From Chiloscyllium plagiosum (lineage: Eukaryota), in assembly GCF_004010195.1 (NCBI RefSeq), contig NC_057719.1:53166523-53230522 (forward strand): a stretch of DNA of 64,000 bases, in the 5' to 3' direction. The notes under the pieces are model-generated. The model searched no databases, had not been told where the DNA came from, and saw only the letters and a list, made by a program, of their open reading frames with translations. This document shows, in pieces, positions 48,196 through 62,469 of the stretch. A program made the translations under genes and the position numbers. Positions within the stretch are counted from its first letter, which is position 1. Every line of letters begins with the position of its first letter.

Positions 48196-50339
48196 GTGCC
48201 GAACACCGTGCCGTGTTCTTAGTTGCTGTGATTATTTCTGCATTTTGAAAAAAAAATGTAGGGTAAACTGCAATTGAAGCAAAGCTCCAGATGCTAATGC
48301 TATAACCACATGAACTCATCAAGCGCAGGAACCTACATCTGCACATCTCTGCTGGGGGAGGTGCATTTGCATGATGTAAAGATGGAGATCCTGTACAAGA
48401 ACAAGGTTGACCACAGTGTTTGCAACACAATGTAGTGTTTCCCTGCTGAGCTTCATGGAAAAGGTATTAATCTGTATTGTTCTTGTCCAATTGCAGATCC
48501 TGACTGGATGCACTTATCTCCAGGTCCAACTGTGGTTTCCAAAGTGAAAGAGTGGCGATAGACATGAGCCCAAATTTTCCACTCATGGTCAGGATCCTTA
48601 TTTCTGATCTAGATCAGACAGAAATTTGCTGACTTTCTTTTGAAGGGGTTTTACAACCAAATGTCTGGGTCAGGAGCCTTGCGAACTGAAACAGCACAGA
48701 CCAGTCCAGGAATCCACTCGGCTAGCAGCAGAGCGGATCAATGCTGAAACCTACCCCCTTTTGCAGCAGTAACTGCTGCATTCTGTTGTTTAAAGCTCCT
48801 AAAGCCACTTTAATAACTTTTGGGAGAAGGTAAGTAGTGGAGTATCAGCTCCAGACAGTTTTGAAGTTCAACCAAGTACCTATTTGGACTTGGACAATCA
48901 CAGCAATCAAGAAAATTCACATATCCCTTATTTTTAAATGATGGACCTTCAACAAAAAGAATGATGCCGTAGCAACCAACTTGTGTTACTATTTCACCAC
49001 ACACAAAAGAAACATTGAAACACAATGCATGTCACATGAATGAATGAAATTAATCCCATTGACCTTTCAATGCATTGTGATAGCCTCTCATCTGAACGCA
49101 AAACAACTTAGGCTGTCTCAAACTGCCAAGATGTGAAAAGCTGCCAGACTGGATTTTAATCAACTTTTATTGAAAAGAACTTTAAACCTGCAAAAAAGAT
49201 CTTTTCGATGGGAAAGTTGTGTTTCTAGCTGAATATTAAATCAAAAAGGGACAGCAGAGAAACCATCTTAATACCATTAAACCAGCGGCAAAGCAAATAA
49301 ACAATTATGACAATAAATAGCAATACCCTGAAATTGGGAAAAAGTTCTCCCCAAACTGATTCAAAATCAAGTTTATCTGAAAACTAAACTCATTGTGATT
49401 CATTTGAAAGAAGCCTCACAGCTCATTAAAAATTCTTTGTTCTCCTATATTGCCATTCAAGAGAAAAGATCTACTTTTCTAAGTAACAGCAGGCCTGCAA
49501 TGAAAGAAGCCAAAATAATTCTGGTTTAAAATTGATTCTTGAAAATTCATTTAATCTATGTGTGACTGGGAGTGCATGCGAATGAACAAGGGGAGACATT
49601 TTATTTTTAAACCTCTGTTACGAGTGTCAAACACTAATCAACCTTCCTTAATTTGAAATACACACAAGCCTACTTCTGGAATCATTTTAATTTCAGACAG
49701 CCACTGTGAAGGGAAGAAAATATTCACACTCAGATATAAGAACAGTTTGAACAACACGTGAAGTTATTTGCCTGTTAAGTAACAGATGAAACTCGCCATC
49801 TCACTCTATTAATTCTAAGTAAACACAGCTGTTGCATTCTTCACTAATAGGATGTTCCCATGAAGTTGTAAAGGCATTTGCTCCAACATTTTTCACTCAC
49901 TGCCTTGAGAATGCCCAGCGTCCAAGGAACAGTTATATTGTGTGGCACACAGAAAGGCAAAACTTCCTTCCCATGAGAAAATACTCCAGGACAAATGGTG
50001 ATCTTATTGAGGAGTACCAAGTCCATGCCTGGAGAGTGCTTTTGCTCTGTAGCATTCTATATTACATGATATGTAAAACAATTGCTGCACTGTTTCTGTA
50101 TGCCAAATGTCCTCTCTAATGCATCAAATGACTCTGGCTGCTGCATCTCAGAAACTTCAGGAGTTTTGGGAAAACTTTACCAGCTTCCTTGAAATTCTTC
50201 ATTGTCTTTGATAATCCAACATAAGATTCCTCCCCAGAAAATAAAGGAACTACCATGCTTCCACAAAAAAAAATGCAAATATTACAATCCCAGCTCTACT
50301 TTTCCAATACTAGAATTTTTTTTTTGCAGCAGTATAAAA

Positions 50340-51155
50340 CTTCAGTCACATTTGGACTATTGTGTACAGTTCTGGTTGCCACACCCCACATGGAAGGATG
50401 TAAAGTCTTGGGGAAGGGTTTCAAGGACGTTGCCTGGATTGCAGTGTATTAGCTATAAGGAGAAGTTGGATTGTTTTCACTGGAGTGAATCGTTGCAGTG
50501 TGGAAGCAGGCCATTTTGCCCATCAAGTCCACAGTGACCCTCCAAAGAGCATCTCATCCAGATCCACCCCCTACCCCTGTAACCCAGCATTTCCCATGGC
50601 TAACCCATCTAGCCTGCACATCTTTGGATGCTATAGTCAATTGAGCATGGCTGATCTACTTAACCTGCACACCTTTGGACTGCGGGAAGAAATCAGAACA
50701 CCCTGAGGAAACACACGCAGGCATAAGGAGAATGTGCAAACTCCACAGACAGTTGCCTGAGGCCAGAATTGAATCCGAGTCCTTGGAGCTGTGAGGCAGC
50801 AGTGCTAACCACTGAGCTACCATGCTGCCCTGAAGTATATAAAATTGTGGGTGGTCAGAATCTATTTTTCCCAAGTGGAAATATCAAATACAAGGGGGCA
50901 TATATTTAAGGTGAAATGGGGAAAGTTTAACGGCAATGTGTGAGGCAAGACTTTTACACAGGGGATTGTAGCTGCCTAGAGTACTTTGCCAAGGGATGTG
51001 GTAGAAGCAGTGGTGATAGCAATGTTTCAGGGGTATTTAAAGGGAATAGAGGGATATGGACCATGTGCAGGCAAATGAGATTAGTTGAGAATGGCCTTAT
51101 TGTCAGCACAAGCATGATGCGCTATAAGGCCTGTTCCTGTGCTGTAATATTCTAT
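50340..51155 (+). mobile_element. Decayed CR1 3' fragment with nested SINE
   Basis: HLDYCVQFWLP..SYKEKL; TTTAAGGTGAAATGGGGAAAGTTTAA; CR1 tail GGCCTGTTCCTGTGCTGT. Confidence 0.8.
50490..50830 (-). mobile_element. HE1-like V-SINE (diverged)
   Basis: GAGAATGTGCAAACTCCACAGACAG and GTGAGGCAGCAGTGCTAACCACTG match the 47.9 kb copy. Confidence 0.88.
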
Positions 51156-53139
51156 TTCACAATGTTTTTAATAATCTGCACAATTTTTTAAACAAAGCAA
51201 TTGATAAATTGACATCAACCAAACAGTTTACCTTTTAAGCTGTGATACACCACAGAAGAGATTAAGTGAATTTAGCCACTGATAACCAATCTATATGGAG
51301 AGTCCAAAATGCAAAATTGCTGAATTATGGATGTTTATTTGCCAATTACAACTGCACATTCATGGAAGTCAAACTACTGATAATTTTAAAGACTAATCAT
51401 TTGGCACATTTTTTGTTCTTCATAAAGGATGTGCCAAACATGTCAGAAGAAAAATACAACTTAACACATCAGAAGATTTATATTTTTCTGAGTGCAAAGG
51501 ACAGTTTCTGCAACACTGATCTACAATAGAACAGGCAGAGACAATGAAACAGATTTTACAGTAATTAAAATGCTTCCATGGTTCCTTGAAAACTAATTGA
51601 TTTCCCTCAACACTGAAAGTGACATAAGGAATGTCATAGCTTTAGCTACACGTGTATAGTCAATGTATGAGTTTCAATTCCATTTTTGCATCTGGTTGTC
51701 ATGATCCACAAGAAAAACATATGCAGAGAAAATGAGAGTTAGGCATATTCACAACTAGATACCTCTATGCTGCACTATATATAGGCAGAGAATTTTCTTG
51801 CAAACTCAGCATGCAAGTAAAAGGTAACATTGATCAATAGCATAAGCAACCGAAGAAATTTCAAGTTAAGTGGCTTAGCCCATTTTTATGCTTCATCTGC
51901 ATATCATCAATCTTTTGCATTAATTCAGTGAAACTTCAGTCATACCCCATTCTGCGCAGAAGCATACGCTTCACCCTCATTCACATAATCACAGAAATGT
52001 TACGATGCAGAAGGACATCATTTGACCCATCATGGCTCTTCAAAGGAACATCATTGCCTAAAGCTAATTGCCTGCTTTTATCCTATGCATCCTTTCACAT
52101 TATTTTTATCCAAATACTCATCCAAATCAAAGTCCTCTTGATTACTTCAATTGAACCTGCCAACATCATATTTCCTGGCAGTACATTCCATACTCTAACT
52201 ATTCATTGAGTGAAAAGGCTTTCCATAGTTCGCCTTTGAATCTTTTGCACATCACATTAAATCTATGCCCTCATGTTCTTGTCCCTTTACAATTAGGAAC
52301 ATGTTCTCCTTATCTACTCTATCAAGCTACTCATGATGTTGAATACTTGTATCTGATTTTCTCTTAGCTGTCCTCTCTCCAAGGAGAACAACCCCAATGT
52401 AAATCTCTCCTTAAAACTGAAGTTCCTCATCCCTGTAACCATTCTTGTAAACCACTTCTGCTTTCTTTTCAATCTGTTCACATCCTTTCCAGGAAGTGAC
52501 ATCAAAAACTGTACACAATATTCCAGCTGAAGTCTAAGAAATGTTTTATTCAAGTTCAACAACACTTTCTTGTTCTTGTATTCTATACCTTTAATAATAA
52601 AGCTGAGTTTGTTGTTTGCTTCACTATTGCTGTCTCTGTCTATCCTGCCACTCTCAATGGCCTGAGAGACTCGCAGCCAGGACTGGGAGACACCTCTACT
52701 CTAACCCCATAACACTTCGGGGCTAACTCTGATCCAACCAACCAGAGGAACCTGTCTGATCTTCAATGGAACAGCTCTACGTTGTGACCCCGGGGAGAAA
52801 TGCGGTGCTTAGTCTAAATTTAATGAGTGACTTAATAAAGAGACCTTTTCAACTCGGGAGGTGAGACACAGTGACCGCTTTTGTTTTGTGGCCTGTTCTA
52901 ACATTTCATCCAAGTGTTTAAGGTCCATTTTCCGTGCAGCTGCCCCGTTTGTGTACTCCAGACAAAAGCCACTGACAGAACTAGAAATATGAAACACGTT
53001 TCTGCATCTTGCCCCAAAGCGCTTAATGAGGCATTTTTTGAGATATTCACCAGATGTCATGAAGAAATCCAAAGCCCTGCGTTCGTAACTGGGTAGCTGT
53101 TTTCTTTTACTTTTAAATGTCTTTAAAATGATTTTACAA

Positions 53140-53330
53140 GGCAGAAGTTGGTGGAGGCTGGTACAATTGCAACATTTAAAAGGCATTTGGATGGGTATAT
53201 GAATAGGAAAGGTTTGGAGGGATATGGGCTGGGTGCTGGCAGGTGGGACTAGATTGGGTTGGGATATCTGGTCGGCATGGACAAGTTGGACCGAAGAGTC
53301 TGTTTCCATGCTGTACATCTCTATGGCCCT
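53140..53330 (+). mobile_element. Younger CR1 3' end
   Basis: GTGGAGGCTGGTACAATTGCAACATTTAAAAGGCATTTGGATGGG..GGACCGAAGAGTCTGTTTCCATGCTGTACATCTCTATG, close to the 10.8 and 13.3 kb tails. Confidence 0.9.
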
Positions 53331-54964
53331 ATGATCTGTGCACATATACACTCTCATCCTCCTGCTCAGAATTGTACCTCTGTTTTGTATTATCTTTCAA
53401 TGTTCTTCCTACCAAAAAGCATGACTTCACACTTTGCAAAATAAACCTCATCAGTCACCATCTGTCCATTCCACTACCTTGTGCATGTCCTTCCTGACTT
53501 CTACACATGTTTTCCTTACGGATTATAATTCTTTAAAGTTTTATATCATCTGCAAACTTTGAAATTCTCCACTGCACACCAAAATTTAAATCATTAATAT
53601 AAATCAGGAAAAGCAGGGGTCCCAATACTGACCCCTGGGCAACATTGTTAGAAACATTCTTCCAGCCTGAAAAATATCTATTGACCATTTCTCTGCTTCC
53701 TATCACTCAGCCAATTTTGTATGCATGTTAAACTGACACTTTTAGTTCATGACCTATATTTTGCTCACAAGTCTGTTATGTGGTACTGTATCGAACACCT
53801 TCTGAAAGTACATACACACTTCTTTAACAGCATCACCTTTATTGAACTTCTCTGTTAGCTCTTCAAAGAATGCCAGCTAGTGAGTTAAACATGATTTCTC
53901 CTTTAGAAAACCTTGCTGACTCTTCCTAATGAACACACCTTTTTCCATGTAATTACTAATACGTCCTGAATAATTGTCTTTCGAAGTTTCCCCAGTACTG
54001 AAGTTAAACTGACTGGTCTGTAATTGCTGTGCTTATCAATTCAAGCTTTCTTGGATAAGGCAGTAATGTTTGCAATTTTCCAGTCTTTTGGCACCTCCAG
54101 TGAGGCTAGGGAAGACTGAAAGTTGTTGGCTAGATTTCCTGCAATTTCCACTCGCACTTCCTTCTACATCGCATCTAGCCCTGGTGCCCGATCAACTTTA
54201 AATACCTAGCAATTCCAGCCTATCAATTTGAATTACTTTAGTGACTGAGTTCTCTCCCCTATTACCATTGCCTCGGTAGCATTTTTCTCTTTGGTAAAGA
54301 CAGATGAAAAGTAGTCATTGAACATCTTAGCCTCCAAGTCTAAATATCCCTTTGGTCCTTAGTCAGCCCTGCAACTTCTTAACTACCATTTTATGATAAA
54401 TATGGTCATTGCAGCCTCTCTTTATGCTGCTGTCACTCTTCTCATAATTTCTCTTTGCTTCTCTTATTTTCTTTTTCAACTCTTTCTGAATCTTCGGTAT
54501 TCCTTTTAGTTCTCAATTTTATTTTCTATCTCACACTTGTAAGCTTATTTTATCTTTTTTTATCTTAGCTTCAGATAGCTTTGGATTTGTTTGACCTAAC
54601 ATTCGCATTTAATGGAATAGACCTTGAATATGCCTGGACCATCTCCTTTTTCAAGGTAGCCCATTACTTAGTTACTGTTTTTCCTGTCAACCTCTCATCC
54701 AGTCTATCCTGCACAGTTATGTTTTTGTCCCATTGATGTCTGCTCTCTGCCAATTAATTTATCTCATTGTGGACTGTTAGATGTCAATCATCCTGAACCT
54801 TACAATACAAAATCATTGTCCCCTACATGTACCCCAAATGACAGTTGGCCTACCTCTTTTCCAAGAAGCAGATTCAACAACTCCTTTTTTGTACTGGAAA
54901 CAAACCACTATGGTCATTATGCAATTATAATTATTCTATAATATTAGCATCATGTAGAGTAAAG

Positions 54965-55315
54965 TCATAAAATCCCAACAGTGCGAAAAGAGGCCATTCA
55001 GCCCAGTGAGTCTGCACCAACCCTCCAAAGTGCATCCCACCATGATTCCCGCCCTATCCCCATAGCCCCAATGTTTAGTGTGGTGAGCCCCACTAACTTG
55101 CACATCCTTGGATGCTATGGGGAAATTTAACATGGCCAATCCACCTAACCTGCACACCTTAGGGCTTCAGGAGAAAACCACTGCACGCGAAGCAAAACAA
55201 TGGAGATGCTGGGAGAATGTGCAAACTCCATGCAGTCAGTTGCCTCAGACCAGAATCAAACCTGAGTCCCTGGTGCTGTGAGGCATCACTGTTAACCAAG
55301 GTGCCACCATGTTGT
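54965..55315 (-). mobile_element. HE1-like V-SINE (diverged)
   Basis: GGGAGAATGTGCAAACTCCA, CCCTGGTGCTGTGAGGCA and CATGGCCAATCCACCTAACCTGCAC. Confidence 0.85.
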
Positions 55316-56960
55316 CCATCTCTCTGTAATTTCCTTGCAGGTTTGTTCTTCAACATTCTTTTCACTAGTTGGTGGTCTATAGACCAGACCCAGCAATGTA
55401 ATTGTACTCTATCTGTCCCTTAGTTCTTGCCAGACTGATTCTGTATTTGAACCTCTAGACATCTTTTTCCAGTACTCCAATATACTCCTTAACCAATACT
55501 GCTACCCCTTCTCCTTCCTTTTCTATTTGTTTTGAATATCTTATACTCAGAAATATTTATCATAAATCTTGGTCTTCTTTGAGCTACATTTCTGTTATTT
55601 TTGCAACATCAACGTTCCACATGGCAAGCTGTTTCATTAACTCCTCAGTCTTATTTATTATACTTTATGCATTCACAGACATGCACAGTAACCCTGATTT
55701 AGTCTTCATATCTTTCTTCTTCATTCTGACTTCACCTACCAACGTAGTATTGTCCATGCTAGTGACAGTTGAAATTCTTAATCATTTTGTGAATTTTTTT
55801 TCTCTACTATCCTCCCTTGATTCCCATATTGCTGTCAGATTACTTTTACATCAGAGCCAGCAAGTTATTATATTTGCAGTAGGCTTGAATAGTATAAATA
55901 CATATTCACAAACCTTTAAGAGGAAAATTCCCAAAGTTTTATTTTTGGCATTGAATTATGGCTCATTTAATTGAAAAATCTGAGCATTGCACTGTATTTT
56001 CTCTAGCCTTAAGTACATTTATTTATGGAATTAAAATTAGCTACATGAAAACTTAAAAAGACATACTTTAACATGCCACGATGAATGTGCAAGAATGGTG
56101 ATTTAATGCTTTAAAATGACACTTTCCTGAGCAAATAGTGGAGTTAAGAAAGGAGTATGGTCCCTTTACTCAAGACCATGTTGTTTAGGCCGATTTCTGC
56201 TTGTATGCACCATTTTTCAATGCACTATGTTAACGAGATTGACAATAAATTTTGGTGCAAGATTCTGCCTTCAGTGTTTTGTAAGAATGAATGTAAATAC
56301 TGATTACTCCATTTAAGAATATTCTGGCCCAACAAGGAAACCAATTCATTAATTGGCAGTACAAAAATCATACATAAGATGCTGAATTGGATGATTTGGC
56401 ACTGTTTCAAATTGTTTGTGACTTGCTTCCATTTGTTGGGGACTGAAATGTTAGAAACAATCCTGAGAAATAGCCTACAATCTAAAGAGCTGTCATTGAA
56501 AGTCACTTTCATTGTAATCTGGCAGTTCTCGGGCATACTTTCATTATGTTTTCCTGGCAGGTTGGTGACTTGGTGGAGCATCTGCAGTTCAGAGTGAAAA
56601 TTCTTCTTTTTTTTGTGAAGGAGGAATGGGCGGTTAGGTGAATTGCTGTCATGGCAGAAATTAGATTAAGCCTTTAACCTGTTTGTCTCCTTAAATAGCT
56701 ACCTGACAAGCAGCTAGATACAGATCCATTAGTATGGTGAGAGGCCAGACCTTTGCAGAAGAGATGAGGTGAACCCCCAGATGCAATTTAAATCTTCTGG
56801 CGACTCAGTTCACAATGGTTAACATTGCCTTTTATGTGCTATATTGCAGCCTGTTGAAGTGAACGGACGTTTTTCTGTTTCTTGAATGTTTTGCAAGCAG
56901 GCTTCAAAAATGTGAACTTTCATTCCCAACTATTACCTTGAACAGTACATTCTATATTGT

Positions 56961-57092
56961 GTTAAAAATCACACAACACCAGGATATAGTCCAGGAGGTT
57001 TATTTGGAAGTACAAGCTTTCGGGGCACTGTTCCTTCAACAGGTATTTTAAAATTTTGTACACCCCAGTCCAAAACCGGCAACTCCACATTC
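56961..57092. mobile_element. Penelope terminal remnant (family of the 17.1-18.2 kb element); another ~50-bp piece at ~57995-58047
   Basis: GTTAAAAATCACACAACACCAGG matches 17118 onward; reverse hammerhead-like GCTTTCGGGGCACTGTTCCTTCAACAGG. Confidence 0.75.
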
Positions 57093-57839
57093 TGTATTGC
57101 AGCAACAATAAAATGATGTCAAACATCTGGTACTTAGGGCAGTAGCACTGTACACATTCACATGTCAAGTTGTTGCGAACCAACTTAGTGGTGTGAGATT
57201 CGCTACTGCACTATAGTTTGGCAACTTCAAAATATTGATTTGTCAGACACTTCTTGAATAAGGACAAGACTCTTTAATTTGTTCAAGTTCTGGCACTTGG
57301 GCACTCTAAAGAACAAAAAACAAGCATCAAGTCAAAAATTGGCACTGCCATATCTCTGGAGTACCGTGATGCTTAAGAAGTAAGGATGCTTGACTATATT
57401 CTGATCATTAAAACTGTACGCAAATCTGATTTCAGGGACTCACTGGGAAATATTTGATGGATGAAAGTGTTTATCTCTTCTCCCTAAACCAGGCTTAACA
57501 CTGTTAAATTCAATCCTTGTGCAAGATTATATTCAATGAAACAAATACGTTTTATCTTTTTGCCATCTGATGTAGTTTACAAGAAGAAAAAAAATCTCTC
57601 ACAAAGAACAAATGTGTCTGGCATGAAACAGAAACCAGTTCATGTATTATTCAGTTCTGTGTTAAACTATGGTTGTAAGATGGTGATAGAAGATTAAATA
57701 TTGATGTGAAATGTGATCAATATTCCAATCATGAAAACCTCAGGTGGCCCAGTTTAGACTGGTTGTGAAAATGCAAAGTCATTTGAATATTAGCACAGAT
57801 GTGGTTCAACACAGTGAAGAGTTTTTTTCATTAACAAAT

Positions 57840-59025
57840 GATTGCTGGCTCGGCCAGAATGTATTGCCCTTCCATGAAATTGGTGGTGATTTGCTTTTTT
57901 GAACTACAGAAGTCTTGGATTGTAGGGATATTTGTGATGCCCTTTGGAAGTGAGTCCCAGGACTTTGACCCAGCCACAGTGAAAGATAATGATATGTGCT
58001 TCCAATTAAACCTGTTGGACTATAACCTGGTGTTGTGTGATTTTTAATGATATAGTTCCAAGTCAGGATGGTGTGTGTTTTGAGGGGAATCTTGCATGTG
58101 CTGGTGTTCCCTCTACTGCCTTTGTTCTGTTGGTAGAGGTTGCAGATTCGGAAGGTGTTGACAAAGTTGATTTGGTGAGTTACTACAGCCCATCTCATAG
58201 ATGGTACACACTGCTGTGGCTGTCTGTCAGTGATAAAGGAAGTGAATATTGAAGGTGGTGATGGATGGAGTATCAATCAAGCAAAATGATTTATTCAGGT
58301 TGTTATTGAGCTCCTTGAGTATTGTTGAAACTGCACCTATCCAGACAAGTGAGAAGTATTCCAGCATATTTCTGATTTGTACCTGGTACATGGTGGACAG
58401 GCATTAGGAAGTCAGGAACTGAATTATTTGCCACAAAATTTTTAACCTCTGGCCTACTCTCATAGTACAGTATTTATATGGCTAGTCCAGTTCAGTTTAT
58501 GGTTAAAGGCAACCTCTAAAGATGTTGCTAATTGAGTATTAAGTGATGTATATTCCAGTGAATGACAAGGGGCAATGGTTAGATTATCTCTCGTTGGAGA
58601 TTGTAATTGCCTGACATTTGTGTGGCATGACTATTACATACTACTTATCAGCACAAGCTTTTCATGTATACAGACAGACTGCTTAAGCATCTGAAGAGAT
58701 ACTAATAGTGCTGAAAATCATATAATCAACATCTGCACTTCTGAACTTATGAAGGAAGGTCATTAATAAAGCAGCTGGTTGGGCTGAGGACACTACACTG
58801 AGTAACTCCTGCAGAAATGTTGTGGGACTCAGATGATTAACCTCTAACAAATACATTCATTTTCCTTTTTGCTTGGTTCCAACCAGCGGATAGTTTCTCC
58901 CAACTCCCATTAACTCTCGTTTTGCTAGAGCTACTTAAGATTATACTCAGTCAAATGTTGCCTCATGTTAAAGGTAATCATTTTTTTGCCTTATTTCGAA
59001 AATTGGACTCTTTTCCCCATGTTTC
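57840..59025 (-). mobile_element. Decayed CR1/L2-group LINE
   Basis: RT-region similarity to 62.7-63.7 kb (GAAGGAAGGTCATT, ACTCCTGCAGA, GTCAAATG..GCC); LINE 3'-end motif at ~57845. Confidence 0.7.
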
Positions 59026-59399
59026 CTTGGTACCCACAGCATTATGAACAATGCTTCATACCTTGCATTTAATGTTTTTCCAATGTCTTTAGCCACACTG
59101 TATTATCTCTCATTATCAACCTCAGTCCAAACACACAGCTTGAGAATTTGAATTCAATTTTTTAAAAATATGGAAATTGGTTTTGAGATCTGTGAAGTTG
59201 AAGTTGTTGTTCTGCAGGATCAGATTGATAAGGTGGATAAATAACATTGTATTTACTTGCTAGAAAAATAAACGTATCTTTATATTTAGTATCATTAAGA
59301 TATCCTGGGAAATCAAACATCTTGGATTCACTTCATGTTATCAGTCAACAGCCCTGGTATCAATCAACCAATTAATCTGCCTTAGTTCTGATAGAGATC

Positions 59400-59765
59400 A
59401 TGGGTTTATAGTGGTGATCAGGACATTGATAAGGTTAATAGCAAAGGTCTTATCCATCGGATGGAGACTACAAAACTGGGGGGCATATTTTTAAGGTGCG
59501 AGGAGAAAGATTTAAAAGGGATCTGCGGGGGACAACTTTTCACAGAGGGTGGTTTGTATGTGAAATGAACTTTCAGAGAAGGTGGTAGATGCAGGAACAG
59601 TTGCAACAGTTAAAAGATATTTGGAAAGGTACACGAATAGGAAAGGTTTGGAGGGATATGGGCTATATGCAGCTCAGTGGGAGTAGTTTAGTTTGGGTGA
59701 CTTGGTCAGCATGGACAAGTTAAACCGAAGAGTCTGTCTCTATGCTGTTTTACTGTATGACTATA
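59400..59765 (+). mobile_element. CR1 3' end
   Basis: TTTAAGGTGCGAGGAGAAAGATTTAAAAGGGATCTG..CAGCATGGACAAG..CTGTATGACTAT. Confidence 0.88.
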
Positions 59766-60229
59766 TTTGATTCAAATTCAAGTTCTGCTTCAAATCATGG
59801 TTTCCTTGCATTTGTCCATTTGTTGAAGTGCACTTTTGCTTTATCTTTGTCATATTGCAATTCCTTTGCTCTCACTCTGACATTCTCATTGGATAATAGT
59901 AATGGCTACAATGAAAAGTTATAGCCAGGATATGTTTAGCTGATATCCTTCCAACCAGGGTGGACAGAATATCCCAAACCTAATTTTTTCCTGTATTGTT
60001 TTAAAATCTGAAAGCTAATATGTTGAAGAAAAAATCATTTGAACAATCAATTTGCATTCTACTTCTCATACATGGATTCATCCCACACCCTGATTGGAAG
60101 GATATCAGATAAACTTACCCTGACTATAACTTTTCATTGTAGCCATTACTATTATCCAATGAGGAGAGAAGCAGAGTTACCACTTCAAGTTTAATATGAC
60201 ACTTCTAGGGAAGTCGTTCTCAGCCTGAA

Positions 60230-62350
60230 TTTATCATCCTGCTGAATTGTTCAATGCTACCATTTGGTTGTGGGTTACATTGTAAAGTCAGATGGTCATG
60301 CCTTTCATGGCTTGGTACGGATTCCACGAACTGGCTAGAAATAAACTGTGGTCCACTGGCTGTAGCAATGGTCTCTGGCAAATTCTATTTTGTAAACTAC
60401 TTGTCTATAATTTTACTGATCAAAGTAGTAGTTATGGAACTTGCAGGTGATATCTGACCATTCTGACCATTTGTTATATGAATGACAAACAAAAGCACAT
60501 TGATTTCATGGACCTCCTTTTAGTAATATTTACTTGGATTGGTTGCCATAGTTTTATTGTCTGTGTGGTTGGTAATTGAGGTACAAGATATTGTTTTTGC
60601 AGATTGGCCAATATTTCATTAAGTTTGTAAACTACAGTTCCTAATTAACTATTCCATGTGGCACTGCCTTTCTGGCAAAGAGACTGCTCCACCAGATTAT
60701 TATTTTATCCTAATAGCACTTAAAGTCCTTCTTGGGGAAAATGCAATACAAGTTGGCAACCCTTTATCCAAAATTCAAAAAGTTCCACACTCCAAAGGTT
60801 TTTTTGTGAAGTTTTTACCTCATTAACAAGGTTGTTTGGTGTGCAAACAGTTAAACCAAATCCATACCCACTTGATGTGTGTCATTCAGATGTGACGTGG
60901 GGAGGGGGGGGGGGGGGTGGCCCAGCACTAGCAGGCCTCAATTCTGTCTCAGGACCCGTTATTTACAGTGATTCTGCTGGTCAGTAAGATTTATTTTTAA
61001 AAATCACAGTTGAACTGTCACTTATTCCGAAATTCGAAAAATTCCAAATTCAGAAAACCAGCTGGTCCCAAGCGTTTTGGATAAAGTATTATGTACCTGT
61101 GCATATCGCTACTGTGTTCTTGGGATAGCCCTTCAAGTTCCACCTGCAATAAGTTATTGACAAACAATGTGGGTTCATTGGATACTCTGCAGTATAGAAT
61201 CAGTTCTTTTATTTTGCAAGATCAGTTTTTAGTTGCTGGCTTCCATTCTGTAGTATATTGTTGGTCCATGAATCTTCTTTCAACTCCTCACAGTTAACAA
61301 AATCAACATCACAACAGTCTTTAATGCCACATGTTGTTTTACTACTGATAACACTACCTTGACAGTAATAACATCTAATGTGAGCTAGTTAGTGAGACTA
61401 GTCACTTGTCTGTGAGACAACCATCCTCTAAATTATCCTAATAAGGAGGATCTGACCATCTGTTGTTAAGTAGAGAATGATGACCATATCCTAAAATACC
61501 TAACAACATAGTCTGTGTTCAGTGATTCGTGTGGAGAGTAAACTTTCTACCACTGGGATTCAAGGGCCAATGTTCACAAATGTATATGCAGAGATTCCTG
61601 CTCTCCAGTGAAATATTTGTGCTCAATTTCTGATGATCCATGTGATGTGTGAACAATTGGTTCTGCTTGCTTCAATTTACTATGAGAGCACAGCTTTACT
61701 CGCAGTCTCTACTGCATCTGTTGTAACATTCATTTCCATGTATGCCACAATATTTCCCATTCTGTCAGTGGAAATACAGAAGAACTGGCGGAGATACAAC
61801 CTTCGCCTTTAACGTGTCAAAAACTGTTTGCTGCTTGTCCATTCCCATTGTGCATCTTTTCATAATAACTGGTGAAGAGGCTCAGTGATTTCTCTGTACT
61901 TAGGAATAAATGTATAATAAAAGTTGGCAGTTTGAGGAATGACACCAACTCTTTCATATTACACAAGGTTGGAAACAAATGAAGGAATTTGACATTGTAA
62001 TTTTGTGCTCTCCTCTGGCTGCAGTGTCTCTGAATCCCAGAAAGTCAATCTTAGATTCCACAAATGTACATTTGTTCTTTTTGAACATCAAATTTTATTT
62101 TGAGTTGAGTAAACATCATTCATGCTGACCATCTTCTACTTTGCTCAGTCCATTTATAACAATATTGTCAAGTAGGTTCAGCATTTCCTCCATGTCTGAC
62201 AAGATTGAAGAAGCAATCTTCTGGTATCTGCAAAGTGCTGAAATAAGTCTATAGGCCATTCTGCAGCACAGAAACACACTAATAATTAATACTGTATGGT
62301 GTAATCTTTACTCCTCTAGTTGTATCTGAAGAGACGTCTATCACATATTA
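60230..62350 (-). pseudogene. Ancient Gypsy pol remnant (RT, RNase H, integrase); no LTRs recognised
   Basis: Minus strand YQKIASSILSDMEEMLNLLDNIVING (RT), KCTFVESKIDFLG, ITEPLHQLL*KDAQWEWT, LKAKVVSPPVLLYF, GRKFTLHTNH (RNase H), LPETIATASGPQFISSQF..NPQPNGSIEQF (integrase). Confidence 0.8.
60749..61099. mobile_element. Tigger/pogo-like (Tigger4/MER46-type) non-autonomous DNA transposon
   Basis: TA|CAAGTTGGCAACCCTTTATCCAAAA ... CTGGTCCCAAGCGTTTTGGATAAAGTATTATGTACCTG|TG: imperfect TIRs, TA-type target, subterminal CCGAAATTCGAAAAATTCC. Confidence 0.7.
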
Positions 62351-62469
62351 GTAAACACATGAATGAGGACCAAAACTAGGCTATTTTTGAGTCACTTGAG
62401 TCTGCTCCGCTATTCAGTAAGATTGTGGCTGATCTGTTTGTGGTAAGAGTGGGGATTACACCATTGAAT

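Larger units (their letters stand above)
51985..55760 (-). mobile_element. Old long CR1 LINE, interrupted at 52660-53330 and by a SINE at ~55 kb
   Basis: Minus ORF 52314-52565 LEYCVQF..KWFTRMVTGM..LGLFSLE; TCATCTGCAAACTT (reverse of KFADD) at ~53547-53560. Confidence 0.82.

Noticed and set aside
52809..53357. 182-aa minus-strand ORF
   Set aside because: Starts in antisense CR1 tail sequence and crosses an insertion junction; no recognisable domain
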